Source: an uncultured Poribacteria bacterium (GTDB lineage Bacteria > Poribacteria > WGA-4E > WGA-3G). From it: 64,000 bases of DNA. Position numbers and translations under genes: made by a program. The stretch lies in assembly GCA_958296135.2 (NCBI GenBank), contig CATQHZ020000001.1, positions 2,944,001 to 3,008,000 of the forward strand. The letters run 5' to 3'. This document shows, one piece after another, positions 1 to 9,537 of the stretch (the stretch's first letter is position 1; every line of letters starts with the position of its first letter). Below the pieces are notes generated by a model. That model ran no database searches. It worked only from the letters and a program-made list of their open reading frames with translations, and had not been told where the DNA came from.

Positions 1-32
1 CGGGCCAGAGGCCCTCGCTTCGCGATTCGCTT

Positions 33-2096
33 TTATTCCCTAGGGGCACTGAGGGCACCTGCCACCAAAACCAGATCAAGAATGTTGACAACGCCGTCTC
101 GGTTGACATCTGCTTCATTGGTGCCGGTTTGCCCGAACCGCGCGCTAACAAAGGCCATATCCGCGCGCGTGACACGGCCATCACGATTGACATCGGCGGC
201 GAGGTGTGGGGGTGCTAATGCCACGTCCCAGAAGAGAATTGTGCCGTCGGAGCTCCCACTGATAAGGGTATGGCCATCCGCGCTGAAGACAAGACTATTG
301 ACACTGTTTGTATGCCCGACGAGGGTGGTTTTGAGTTCGCCGGTTGCAACATCCCATAACCGCACCGTCCGATCTTTCCAACCGCCAGCACTTGCGAGGG
401 TGTGGCCATCCGCGCTGAAGACAAGACTATTGATACTGTTCGTATGCCCGACGAGGATGGCTTTCGGTTCACCCGTAATCGCGTTCCATAACCGCACCGT
501 TTTATCGTCCCGGCTCCCACCGCTGGCGAGCGTGCGTCCATCGAGACTAAAGGCGATAGCGAGAACCCAGTCTGTATGTCCAGTGAGCGCAGCTTTCTGC
601 TCCGCCGTTTCAACATTCCACAGCCGCACCGTCTTGTCCCTACCGCCGCTGGCAAGTGTCTGTCCGTTCGGGCTGAAAGCGATTGCAGTGGCCCCGCTGT
701 GCCGTAGCGTCGCTTTGTGAGTGCGCCCGGCATGCCACAGCCGCACGGCGTTGTCTCCAATAGTACTTGCAAGGAGACTGCCATCGGGGCTATAAGCGAG
801 GGTATAACCGCCGCCCGAAGACGAAAAAGAATTCTCTGTAAACCCTTTGGAGGTGCCTTTGAGGTATCGCCCGTCAACATCCCAGAAGTGGATATCCCTG
901 CCGAGACTTACAAGCGTCTCACCGTCCGGACTGAAGGCAACACAAAAAACCCACCAGTCATGCCCGCGAAGTGTGCCTTTGTGTGTGCCGCTTCCGGTAT
1001 CCCACAAATGCAGCTGGTTTGCCCCGCCTGCCGTTGCAAGCGTGCTCCCGTCCGGACTGATGGCGATATCAGAGACACTTGACGTATGTCCGGTGAGCGT
1101 CGCTTTGTGTGCGCCGCTGACAGTATCCCACAAATGCACTTCGCTGCCACCGCTACTTGCAAGGGTGCTACCGTCCGGGCTGAAGCTAACGCTATTCAGA
1201 TTGCCCAGGTGCGCGGTAAGCGCGGCCCAGTGCTCGCCTGTCGCTGCGTTCCAGAGATGCAACTCGCTGTCGCGCCCCGTCGCAAGCAGACTCCCGTCTG
1301 GGCTGAAAGCAAGCGTATAAGCCCCCATTCCATTGATGGAGAGGGTTGCTCTTGGTTGTTCACTGGCAACGTCCCACAGCACCACATTCTCCCTGCTCCC
1401 ACTGGCGATTGTGCGCCCATCGGGACTGTAACTCACGCCCCAGACGTTGTTTACCTGTCCATCGTTGTCTTTGTGGACAGCGAGCGTTGCTAGCCGCGCC
1501 CCCGTGGCGAGTTCCCATATCACCACATTCTGTTGACTCCCGGCGGCAAGCGTTTTCCCATCGGGACTGAAGGAAATCGAGGAAATCCAATCCTCTTCAT
1601 CCCCGGTGGTGAGCGGCGTTTGCTGTTGGCCTGTGGCGCTCTTCCGGCGCATCACCTGATGCCCATTCTCATAGGCGAGCGTGCTACCGTCCGGACTAAA
1701 GGCGATAGCATAAATAGAGCCGCCGCCCACTATGAATGTCGCTAGAGACTGTTGAGTCTCTGCATCCCACAACCGGACTGTTTCATCTCCGCCGCCGGTA
1801 GCAATAGTGCGGCCATCGGGACTGAACGCGATGCTAGAGACACCTTCGGTGTGCCCGGTGAGCAGCGCAAGTTCTTCGTAAGTATGTGCATCGTAGAGCC
1901 AAATCCCGATGGAACCGGCTACCGCGAGCTGACTGCCATTAGGAGAATACGCGAGTTCACTTATCCAGCCTTTCCCGATGCGCATCTGAACCCCTTCAGG
2001 CAACTTGAATTGCGGCGAATCCTGCGCCAAGGTCTGCGGTAGAAAGCAAACTGTGGCGACAAGGAGCGTTAATATCAAAAAGCGTTCCGTTTTCAT
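33..2096 (-). CDS. Secreted WD40-repeat (beta-propeller) protein with C-terminal dockerin type I-like domain
   Basis: N-terminal signal peptide; many GH...FSPDG..LAS..D..V.LWD repeats; C-terminal DVNRDGRV / DVNRDGVVNILDLV duplicated Ca-binding motif. Confidence 0.93.
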   Translation of the reverse strand: MKTERFLILTLLVATVCFLPQTLAQDSPQFKLPEGVQMRIGKGWISELAYSPNGSQLAVAGSIGIWLYDAHTYEELALLTGHTEGVSSIAFSPDGRTIATGGGDETVRLWDAETQQSLATFIVGGGSIYAIAFSPDGSTLAYENGHQVMRRKSATGQQQTPLTTGDEEDWISSISFSPDGKTLAAGSQQNVVIWELATGARLATLAVHKDNDGQVNNVWGVSYSPDGRTIASGSRENVVLWDVASEQPRATLSINGMGAYTLAFSPDGSLLATGRDSELHLWNAATGEHWAALTAHLGNLNSVSFSPDGSTLASSGGSEVHLWDTVSGAHKATLTGHTSSVSDIAISPDGSTLATAGGANQLHLWDTGSGTHKGTLRGHDWWVFCVAFSPDGETLVSLGRDIHFWDVDGRYLKGTSKGFTENSFSSSGGGYTLAYSPDGSLLASTIGDNAVRLWHAGRTHKATLRHSGATAIAFSPNGQTLASGGRDKTVRLWNVETAEQKAALTGHTDWVLAIAFSLDGRTLASGGSRDDKTVRLWNAITGEPKAILVGHTNSINSLVFSADGHTLASAGGWKDRTVRLWDVATGELKTTLVGHTNSVNSLVFSADGHTLISGSSDGTILFWDVALAPPHLAADVNRDGRVTRADMAFVSARFGQTGTNEADVNRDGVVNILDLVLVAGALSAPRE

Positions 2097-2451
2097 GGGT
2101 GTGTCCTCCTCACTACTACATTATTAGCAAATATGATGCCAATTGCGCATGAGACGAATGTGCGGAGAAACTGCACAAAAACGGGCATGGATAGCGTGAT
2201 TCTGCACGATATGGGGTATATTTGAAGCATCAGGCGAGCTCGCCCTACAGCGGATGATTGGGCATCGCAATAAGGTAGTTCGCCAAATCGTTAAAAAATG
2301 GGGTGGGTTGTCCAGAATGTGAACACTTTCGCCGTGCCGTAGCTGCATTGCGAGGGAAAACGGATGTTCCGAGGTTGCGGGCACTTGCTGTACGGATTTG
2401 GCGTGGCGAGGGACAGGCTCTCCCTCGCCCTACGGTTGGAGGGAGAAACAC

Positions 2452-3300
2452 TCAGGACCAGACGAACACTTCGTCATCATCCGGGGAGTAGCCGATGAAA
2501 ACGGCTAGGACAATGCGGGCGCGATTGCCCGCAACAGGCGGCACCTCGTGGATGCAGCGCGTGTTGAAAAAGTAAAGGTCGCCCTGCGCCAGTTCAACTT
2601 GACAGTTCTCTATTCCGTTCTCTGCGGCGTATCTGTCAAAAGTCTCCTCGGCGATATGCGGCTGAATTTCTTCAGACCAGAGGCACCGGTGCAGAATAGC
2701 CTGCGTGCCTTTCCCTTTCTCATCCGCGTTCTGGACGCACAGCACACCGGCGAATTGATGCTCAAACCGGTAAACGGCGTAGTCGGTGCGTTGTTCGCGG
2801 TATTTGACATGATCGATGTGCGGTTTGTAGCTATGCGTTTCGTAATGCACTCGGAAGATGGCGGGGCCGTAGAGCGCGCCATCGGGCTCGCGCGCGACCT
2901 TCACCTCTTTCCCCGGTGAAAGTGCTGCTAGCGATTCGTAGATGAGTTCGACCGGATTATCAAGTCCGTTGAACAGGAAGCTGAAAAGGCGGTGTGTCTC
3001 TTGAGCGTGCGCCAAGAACCGGGGTTTATCGCTGCCCCGGTTGCCGAGACTGGTGCCGATGTCGATGCGGGTGCGCTTGTCGGCGGAGTTGATGTCCGCT
3101 TCGTCGCGCATCAGGCCCATGTTAGTAAATCGGTGGATGAGCCCGTGGCATTGCGCGGGCGAATAGGCGTTTCGCAAGATGATTGCTGGCATCTCCGCCT
3201 GCGAGAGCGCGTGAATCGGGTTAGGGTAGCTCTGGCAGATTGCCTCGAAGTCTGGTTCAGCGGGCATCCAATTGGTTTTCGTGTGCATAATCGTCCCCAT
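2452..3300 (-). CDS. 2OG-Fe(II) oxygenase superfamily protein
   Basis: HxD (PHIDH) plus distal H in GDLYFFNTRCIHEV and downstream Arg, the DSBH facial-triad pattern. Confidence 0.7.
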   Translation of the reverse strand: MGTIMHTKTNWMPAEPDFEAICQSYPNPIHALSQAEMPAIILRNAYSPAQCHGLIHRFTNMGLMRDEADINSADKRTRIDIGTSLGNRGSDKPRFLAHAQETHRLFSFLFNGLDNPVELIYESLAALSPGKEVKVAREPDGALYGPAIFRVHYETHSYKPHIDHVKYREQRTDYAVYRFEHQFAGVLCVQNADEKGKGTQAILHRCLWSEEIQPHIAEETFDRYAAENGIENCQVELAQGDLYFFNTRCIHEVPPVAGNRARIVLAVFIGYSPDDDEVFVWS

Positions 3301-3330
3301 GATGTGTGCGTTTTCTATCCGTTGTCTCCT

Positions 3331-4155
3331 CTAAAACTTCGGGTTGAAGAGGTAATCGTCCAGGGGTGCGTCCACAAACTCGGCGTTCGCGTCTAAGTCG
3401 CTGTTTTCAAAGGCGGCTTCGCATCCGGTCTGATATTTGAGGCGACGGTTGGAACGGAGCCATCGGACGCGGTGAATCATCGCAATCATGTGGCGCGGTT
3501 CATCGGACAAGTTGGGGATACCCCGGTGCCAGAGGCGCATGTCCCGAATCAGCGCGCTGCCCTTCTTCGCATTGCCGCGGATGGGCGGCGCGATTTCGCG
3601 GCGAGCGGCTTCGTGTTCTGCGTCTATCCGCCGACTGCTGACATCCAAATGCGAGCCCGGCCAGAGCTCCACACTGCCGTTCTCTTCCATTGTATCCTGC
3701 GGCGAGATGTTGACGACAACCTCCGCTGTCGGATGCGCGACCTCCTGCGCTGGCCAGAGATGGTCTGCATCTCTGTGCAGGGGTTGCGTGGTGCTGCCGG
3801 GGCAATTCGTGTTGCCGTTGTAAAAATTGTTGTAGAGCCCGGGCCCGAGCAGTGCCTTCGTCACCTGCACGAGCCAAGGGTTCGCGACGATGTCTCTGAA
3901 AATGTAGGGCGCGAACGGGGGAGGCCCTTGCTGAAGGTGCCCTTTGAGTCTCCCCGCGCCGCCCCACTTCTCTGCTTCAATCAGGATTTGTGCGTCGGCA
4001 TCCATTCGTTCGCGCAGGATGTCAAGATGTTCATGATTGACGACGTTCTCCAAAATCACATACCCATCAACGCGGATGGCTGCCACGGCTTGCTTGACAT
4101 GTGCTTCGGTGAGTTCGCCTGCGGCTAATTCTTGGGGTTGAACGGTAATTTCCAT
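3331..4155 (-). CDS. Phytanoyl-CoA dioxygenase (PhyH) family protein
   Basis: DGYVILENV, QPLHRD (HxD), ENGSVELWPGSH, DMRLWHRG motifs; ATG at 4155 chosen over TTG at 4170. Confidence 0.9.
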   Translation of the reverse strand: MEITVQPQELAAGELTEAHVKQAVAAIRVDGYVILENVVNHEHLDILRERMDADAQILIEAEKWGGAGRLKGHLQQGPPPFAPYIFRDIVANPWLVQVTKALLGPGLYNNFYNGNTNCPGSTTQPLHRDADHLWPAQEVAHPTAEVVVNISPQDTMEENGSVELWPGSHLDVSSRRIDAEHEAARREIAPPIRGNAKKGSALIRDMRLWHRGIPNLSDEPRHMIAMIHRVRWLRSNRRLKYQTGCEAAFENSDLDANAEFVDAPLDDYLFNPKF

Positions 4156-4156
4156 A

Positions 4157-5518
4157 TTAAGCTGTTCCAAAAAATTCGTGATATAGGGCGCGCACCCCGG
4201 TCTCCATATCTTCGGATTTGATGCCGAACATCATGCTGACTTCGTTGGAGCCTTGGTTAATCATTTCAATATTAACTTCGGCGCGTGCCAATGCGTTGGT
4301 TGCGCGTGCTGCAATGCCGACGGTGCAGCGCATGCCCTCGCCGACAACCATGATGAGCGACAGCCCGCGTTCTACTGTGACATCTTCGGGGGCGAGTTTC
4401 TGGCGGATCTGCTCAACAATCTTTTTCTCTTTCTCCGCCGACAGGCTCTCTTCGCGCATGATGATGGACATGTTGTCTATCCCAGATGGCATGTGCTCAA
4501 AGGAGATGTCCTCCGCCTCCAAGACTTGCAACAGCCGCCGCCCGAATCCGATCTGGCGGTTCATCAGATACTTGCTGAGGTAAACGCAGCAGACACTCCC
4601 CATCGCGGCGATGCCTACCACGGGCAACTCTCCATTCGTTGCACGCGTTGGAACGATGCGCGTGCCTGCAGCCTTCGGGTTGTTCGTATTTCGGATATGC
4701 ACCGGCACCTGCGCGCGATACACCGGTTCTAACGCTTCATCGTGGAAGACGGAGAATCCGGCGTAGGAGAGCTCGCGCATCTCGCGATAGGTGAGCGCCG
4801 CTATCGCCGCAGGGTTTTCGGCAATAGACGGGTTCGCGGCGAACACGGAGTCAACATCCGTGAAATTCTCGTAGACCTCGGCGCGCACCGCGCTGGCGAG
4901 AATCGCGCCGGTAATGTCCGAACCGCCGCGCGAGAACGTCACGACGTTCCCCTCTTTAGCATATCCGAAAAAGCCGGGGAAGATGGTGATACCGGGCCGC
5001 TCGCGGAGTTCGCGCAGATGGGTGTATGCCTCAGGTAAAACCTGCGCATTCCCCGGTTCGTCGGAGAGCAACAACCCTGCGTCTTTTGGGTTAACGTAGT
5101 GTGCCTCTACGCCGAGTGCCTGTAGGGCTTGTGCGATGAGCCGGGCGCAGTTGTCTTCGCCGCCTGCCTTCATCGTATCCATGTATAAATCGGCGTTTTC
5201 GGTGCTGTTTTCCAGCCGTTCTGTCAGATCGTGCGCAATGGCATCGATAGCCTCCGCAGGCAGTTTGAGTTCTGCCGCGATGCTTCTGTAACGTTCAATC
5301 GCCTCTGCGCATTCGGATGCACCGATTTTGCCCATGAGCCGCTCTGACGCTGCAGCGATAAGCAGGTCGGTGACTTTGATGTCTTGGCTGTATCGTTTCC
5401 CGGGTGCGGAGACGACGATGATGCGCCGTCCCGGGTCTTCGGTGATAATATCGCAGACTCGGCGGACTTGCTCCGCTGTTGCGAGGGAGCTTCCGCCAAA
5501 TTTTGATACTTTTAACAA
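4157..5518 (-). CDS. lysC: Aspartate kinase with two ACT domains
   Basis: KFGGSSLA, VVSAPGK, FSRGGSDITG, ENFTDVD motifs; C-terminal ACT repeats. Confidence 0.93.
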   Translation of the reverse strand: MLKVSKFGGSSLATAEQVRRVCDIITEDPGRRIIVVSAPGKRYSQDIKVTDLLIAAASERLMGKIGASECAEAIERYRSIAAELKLPAEAIDAIAHDLTERLENSTENADLYMDTMKAGGEDNCARLIAQALQALGVEAHYVNPKDAGLLLSDEPGNAQVLPEAYTHLRELRERPGITIFPGFFGYAKEGNVVTFSRGGSDITGAILASAVRAEVYENFTDVDSVFAANPSIAENPAAIAALTYREMRELSYAGFSVFHDEALEPVYRAQVPVHIRNTNNPKAAGTRIVPTRATNGELPVVGIAAMGSVCCVYLSKYLMNRQIGFGRRLLQVLEAEDISFEHMPSGIDNMSIIMREESLSAEKEKKIVEQIRQKLAPEDVTVERGLSLIMVVGEGMRCTVGIAARATNALARAEVNIEMINQGSNEVSMMFGIKSEDMETGVRALYHEFFGTA

Positions 5519-5559
5519 TCGAGAACCTCCAATAAACTAGTTAGGCTTCGTGGCCGGGC

Positions 5560-5662
5560 GATCGCGAGGGGAACCCTCGGCGATTCGTGCTCGCCGGGTT
5601 TTCCCTCGCGCTACGGTGAAAAGTGCCTCGCGAGGGACAGGTTTTCCCTCGCGCTACGGGCT
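5560..5662. repeat. REP-like palindrome cluster (cgcgaggg...ccctcgcgctac family)
   Basis: Two copies of ttttccctcgcgctacgg with complementary cgcgaggg arms; related copies near 2402, 6911, 45105 and 60258. Confidence 0.75.
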
Positions 5663-5890
5663 GCGAGACGTTTCAAAAAGATATGATTAGAGTTTAACAC
5701 AAATCGGATATGGATGTCAAACTTTTTTAAATTTGACGTGACTTTATCGGAAGAATGTGGTATACTCAATAAGACAAGACTTCCGCTGGGTGCCCCCGTG
5801 GGCGCGGTTTGAAGGCGCGCCGCCCGGTTGGTGAGTGCTCTCGCGCAATTCTTGGGACATTATCTTATTTATATCAGGAGTTTGATTTTG

Positions 5891-6826
5891 ATGAAAAACG
5901 AATGGGTTGTTTATGAAGGAAACGAGGGGCCCGGCAGGGGCAAACATATTGTCCTCGTCAGCGGCGATGAGGAGTATCGTTCGGAAGAAGCCCTGCCGAT
6001 GCTTGGAAAAATTCTTGCTACGCACCACGGGTTCCGATGCACCGTGCTGTTTGCCATTAACCCAGAAACCGGCGAAATCGATCCGGAGGTGCAGACGCAT
6101 ATTCCGGGGCTCCATCATCTCGATTCGGCGGATATGATGGTGCTGTTCACCCGTTTCCGCGAGCTGCCCGATGAACAGATGAAGCACATCGTGGATTACA
6201 CGAATGCGGGGAAGCCTGTCATGGGGCTCCGGACGGCGACGCACGCTTTCAGTTATAGCCGAAACCTCGATAGCCCCTACGCCAAATATAGTCATAATAG
6301 TGAGGCGTTCGATGGCGGCTACGGCAGGCAGGTGCTCGGCGAGACGTGGGTGAATCACCATGGGCACCACGGCAAGGAGAGCGCGCGCGGTGTCATTGAC
6401 GATGCGATGAAGGGACACCCTATCCTGAAAGGCGTTGCGGATATTTGGGGGCCTTCCGATGTTTACGGCATTACCGAGTTAACGGGCGATGCACAGGTGC
6501 TTGTTCACGGGCAAGTACTGGTAGGTATGGAGCCCACCGATGCGCCGAAACAGGATACCCTCACGATGCCGATGGTGTGGATTAAAACCTACACCGGCGA
6601 TGAAGGCAACACCTCGCGTATCTTCAACACAACGATGGGCGCGTCTGTCGATTTGGAGAGTGAGGGATTTCGGCGGCTTCTCGTCAACGGTTGCTATTGG
6701 TGCATGGAGATGGAGGATGCTATCCCCGAAGAAAGCGTTGTCGCTTACGTGGGCGAATACGCGCCGACGTTCTTCGGTTTCGGCACGTTTAAAAAAGGCG
6801 TTCGTCCCGAAGACCACGGGCTGTAG
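5891..6826 (+). CDS. ThuA-like (class I glutamine amidotransferase-like) domain protein
   Basis: HIVLVSGDEEYRSEE, GLRTATHAF, RIFNTTMG motifs; AGGAG RBS at 5876-5880. Confidence 0.85.
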   Translation: MKNEWVVYEGNEGPGRGKHIVLVSGDEEYRSEEALPMLGKILATHHGFRCTVLFAINPETGEIDPEVQTHIPGLHHLDSADMMVLFTRFRELPDEQMKHIVDYTNAGKPVMGLRTATHAFSYSRNLDSPYAKYSHNSEAFDGGYGRQVLGETWVNHHGHHGKESARGVIDDAMKGHPILKGVADIWGPSDVYGITELTGDAQVLVHGQVLVGMEPTDAPKQDTLTMPMVWIKTYTGDEGNTSRIFNTTMGASVDLESEGFRRLLVNGCYWCMEMEDAIPEESVVAYVGEYAPTFFGFGTFKKGVRPEDHGL

Positions 6827-7131
6827 TGCAGACTCGGGCGAGAACCGTCAGGTCCCGAGCCTGGCGCGGGACAGGCCCGCGCCCTACGGAGACGCGTTTT
6901 AATTTTCACCGCAGCGCGAGGGAAAACCTGTCCCTCGCGAGCAACTGAGGCGAAAGAGGACGTTCCTAGCCCCCGAAAATCGAGACACATCGTGATAAAA
7001 GCGGATTTATCGTGATAAACGCCAACATAAGTGCTATACGAAGTGTTTCGGTATGTCCTCCCGTCTACGGGAGATACAAACCTTTTGCCCACCTTATGAT
7101 ATAGGCGACACACAGCATACGGGAACACACG

Positions 7132-8211
7132 ATGAAAACTCATCATATTGCCTTGCGGCCCTCTGTGGCGCAGGTTCAACAATTCCATCAGCATGCCGGA
7201 TTCCGACGCTTCGTCTATAACTATGCTTTGTCCGATTTCAAAGCGGGCTTGACAGCAGGCGAATGGCGGAACGGCCGCACCCTGCGCGCTAGGTTTAATG
7301 CGGTAAAGGATACGCAGTTTGCGTGGCAGAAACGGCTCATCGCCCGCGTGGCATCACATGCCTTCGATGATTTTAACACTGCCTGTCAACGGTGGAAAAA
7401 CAAGCTGTCCAAGTTTCCGAAGTATAAGCGGAAGTCGGGTAAACAATCGTTTCGCGTTGACAATAAACGCAATGCGATAAAATGTGAAGGTAAACGGCTT
7501 TACCTGCCGAAGATAGGCTGGGTGCGGACGTTTGAAGCGTTGCGGTTCAAAGGTGACGTGATGCGCGTAGTGATTAAGAAGCGAGGCCCTCGTTGGTTTG
7601 CATCGGTGCTCGTCGAAACCACGCCCCGAGCCAAACCCGATTTACGCGGGTTGCCTCCCGTGGGTATCGATGTAGGTATCAACACCCTCGCCACTTGCTC
7701 TGATGGACGCACCTTTGGAAACCCACGCGCCTTGGCCCGTTATCAGCGTCAACTCCGCCGTGCGCAACGCGCCCTAAGTCGTTCAGTCTATCGCAGTCAG
7801 AATTGGTGGAAAAAGAAGGAACGTGTTGTCCGTATCCACTATCGTATCGCTTGCATCCGCGAAGACGCGCATCACAAAGCCAGCACGGCGATTGTGAAAG
7901 GTGTCTCAGCAATCGGTATCGAATCTCTGAACGTGAAAGGCATGATGAAAAACCGCCGGATTGCGAAGGCATTATCAGACGCAGCACTCGGGGGATTTCT
8001 TACCAAGTTAAAGACGAAGGCGGCGGCACTCGGCGTGCATATTGAGGAAGCATCTCAGTGGTTCGCTTCATCGAAGACGTGCAGTGCTTGTGGACATAAG
8101 AAGGATACCCTCACGTTATCGGAACGTGACTATCACTGCAGTGACTGTGGGTTGCGCATCGACCGAGACCGGAACGCTGCTATAAATTTAGAACCCTCGC
8201 CGCTGGTTTGA
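7132..8211 (+). CDS. tnpB: RNA-guided endonuclease TnpB
   Basis: N-terminal HTH (AGFRRFVYNYAL); RuvC VGIDVG / IGIESL / IDRDRNAA all intact; zinc ribbon CSAC...CSDC. Confidence 0.96.
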   Translation: MKTHHIALRPSVAQVQQFHQHAGFRRFVYNYALSDFKAGLTAGEWRNGRTLRARFNAVKDTQFAWQKRLIARVASHAFDDFNTACQRWKNKLSKFPKYKRKSGKQSFRVDNKRNAIKCEGKRLYLPKIGWVRTFEALRFKGDVMRVVIKKRGPRWFASVLVETTPRAKPDLRGLPPVGIDVGINTLATCSDGRTFGNPRALARYQRQLRRAQRALSRSVYRSQNWWKKKERVVRIHYRIACIREDAHHKASTAIVKGVSAIGIESLNVKGMMKNRRIAKALSDAALGGFLTKLKTKAAALGVHIEEASQWFASSKTCSACGHKKDTLTLSERDYHCSDCGLRIDRDRNAAINLEPSPLV

Positions 8212-8363
8212 CGGAGAGGAAAAACGCCTGTGGAGCTCGTGTCAGACCTCATTGTAGGCACACCTGGTGTGACTCGGAGGCGGTGAGTGCTGAAGCAGGA
8301 ACTTTAGAAATCGGACAGACTCATACGGACTTGTCCAGATATGTCTCGATTTCAGGGAACAGG
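8195..8363 (+). ncRNA. Putative TnpB omega-RNA (reRNA) scaffold; guide would start at ~8364
   Basis: Typical acgcctgtggag ... gaagcaggaa motifs between the tnpB 3' end and the right end; boundaries approximate. Confidence 0.65.
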
Positions 8364-8368
8364 TTAAA

Positions 8369-9478
8369 ATGGTTAACACGACGAGGGTTCAGCGCGCGCA
8401 AGCACGGATGAGACAGCAGGGCATCGATGCCTATCTCATCCTCACGCACGACGACTACGTCTACTTTTTCGGCGAAGACCGGTATCAGCCGCGCGCCATT
8501 ATCCCAGGGGAAGGCGTGCCTATTGTCGTCACCTTTACGGGTGAGGAAGCCGAGGTGCGAGCGTCCCTCGGTGTGGAAGATGTGCGGGTTTTCGGTTCCG
8601 TTGGGCAACAGATTAAAGACGTGGTGCAGGTGATGCGCCAGATGAGAGGCACGCAGCAGAAACTCACCATCGGAGTCCAGATGTGGTTTTCAACCCCGGC
8701 ATTCTTGCTGAATCTCTTCCAAAAAGCGAATCCACACGTCACGGTGGTGGACATTGCCCCGGTGATGGATGAGCTCCGTATGGTGAAAGATGCTGCCGAG
8801 GTCGCGCTCATGCAACGCGCGGCTGATATCGCGGCTATCGGCATGGAGACGGCGGTGAGAACGCTCGAACCGGGTGTTACGGAAAATGACGTGGCAGCCG
8901 AGGTGGAATACGCCATGCGGAAAGCCGGTGGACACGGAGTGGCAACACCGGTGTTCGTGAACTCCGGCATCCGGTCGGGCTGGCTGCACGGCACTGCGAC
9001 AGACAAACCGATTGAATCCGGCGACCTGGTAGTCCTCGATCTGGTGCCGCGTTACAAAGGTTACTGCGCGAACCTCTGCCGCGCGTTCGTCATTGGCGCG
9101 CCAACGGCGAAGCAGCAGGAGCTATTTGATACCTATAAACGCGCGCAGGCCGCGGGTATCACCGCACTGAAGCCGGGGGCGCGGATGCGTGACATCGATG
9201 CGGCAGCCAAGCAGGTTTTCGAGGAAGCCGGCTACGGCGCATTCTATGTTGCGGGTATCAGCCACAGCATAGGGCTCGGCTTTGAGGAAACGCCCGCGCC
9301 GACTATCCACCCCGGCGATTCGGGGATGCAGATTCGTGAAGGGATGACGGTGACAGTGGGGCACCCCGTGCTTTCTGTCCCCGGCATCGGCGGCGTACGG
9401 CTGGAGGATACGTTCCATATTGCGTCAGGTGAGGCGAAACCGCTGACAAATTTCCCGACAGCGTTTCGCATTGTCTGA
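8369..9478 (+). CDS. Xaa-Pro peptidase, M24 family
   Basis: Creatinase-N domain; LRMVKD..E, DLVVLD, HSIGLG, GVRLED motifs. Confidence 0.9.
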   Translation: MVNTTRVQRAQARMRQQGIDAYLILTHDDYVYFFGEDRYQPRAIIPGEGVPIVVTFTGEEAEVRASLGVEDVRVFGSVGQQIKDVVQVMRQMRGTQQKLTIGVQMWFSTPAFLLNLFQKANPHVTVVDIAPVMDELRMVKDAAEVALMQRAADIAAIGMETAVRTLEPGVTENDVAAEVEYAMRKAGGHGVATPVFVNSGIRSGWLHGTATDKPIESGDLVVLDLVPRYKGYCANLCRAFVIGAPTAKQQELFDTYKRAQAAGITALKPGARMRDIDAAAKQVFEEAGYGAFYVAGISHSIGLGFEETPAPTIHPGDSGMQIREGMTVTVGHPVLSVPGIGGVRLEDTFHIASGEAKPLTNFPTAFRIV

Positions 9479-9537
9479 GTATTTTGTGCGTCTGTGAACT
9501 ATCAGATGCTTCTAGAGGCAACAGGAGGCGACACAAC

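Larger units (their letters stand above)
6960..8363 (+). mobile_element. Non-autonomous IS607-like element carrying only tnpB
   Basis: Bounded by GG at 6958-6959 and 8362-8363; imperfect subterminal inverted repeat (gaaaatcgagacacatc vs gatatgtctcgatttc); short direct repeats atcgtgataaa x2 at left end; no room for tnpA. Confidence 0.75.

Noticed and set aside
2452-3300. WelO5-like halogenase
   Set aside because: It retains HxD; halogenases have Gly or Ala at the Asp position, so a hydroxylase is more likely.
5519-5720. Lysine riboswitch upstream of aspartate kinase
   Set aside because: The hairpins are REP-family copies; no L-box motifs were recognised.
6960-7131. tnpA or a group I intron (IStron) in the TnpB element
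   Set aside because: Only ~170 bp precede tnpB, with one hairpin; too short and no recognisable motifs.
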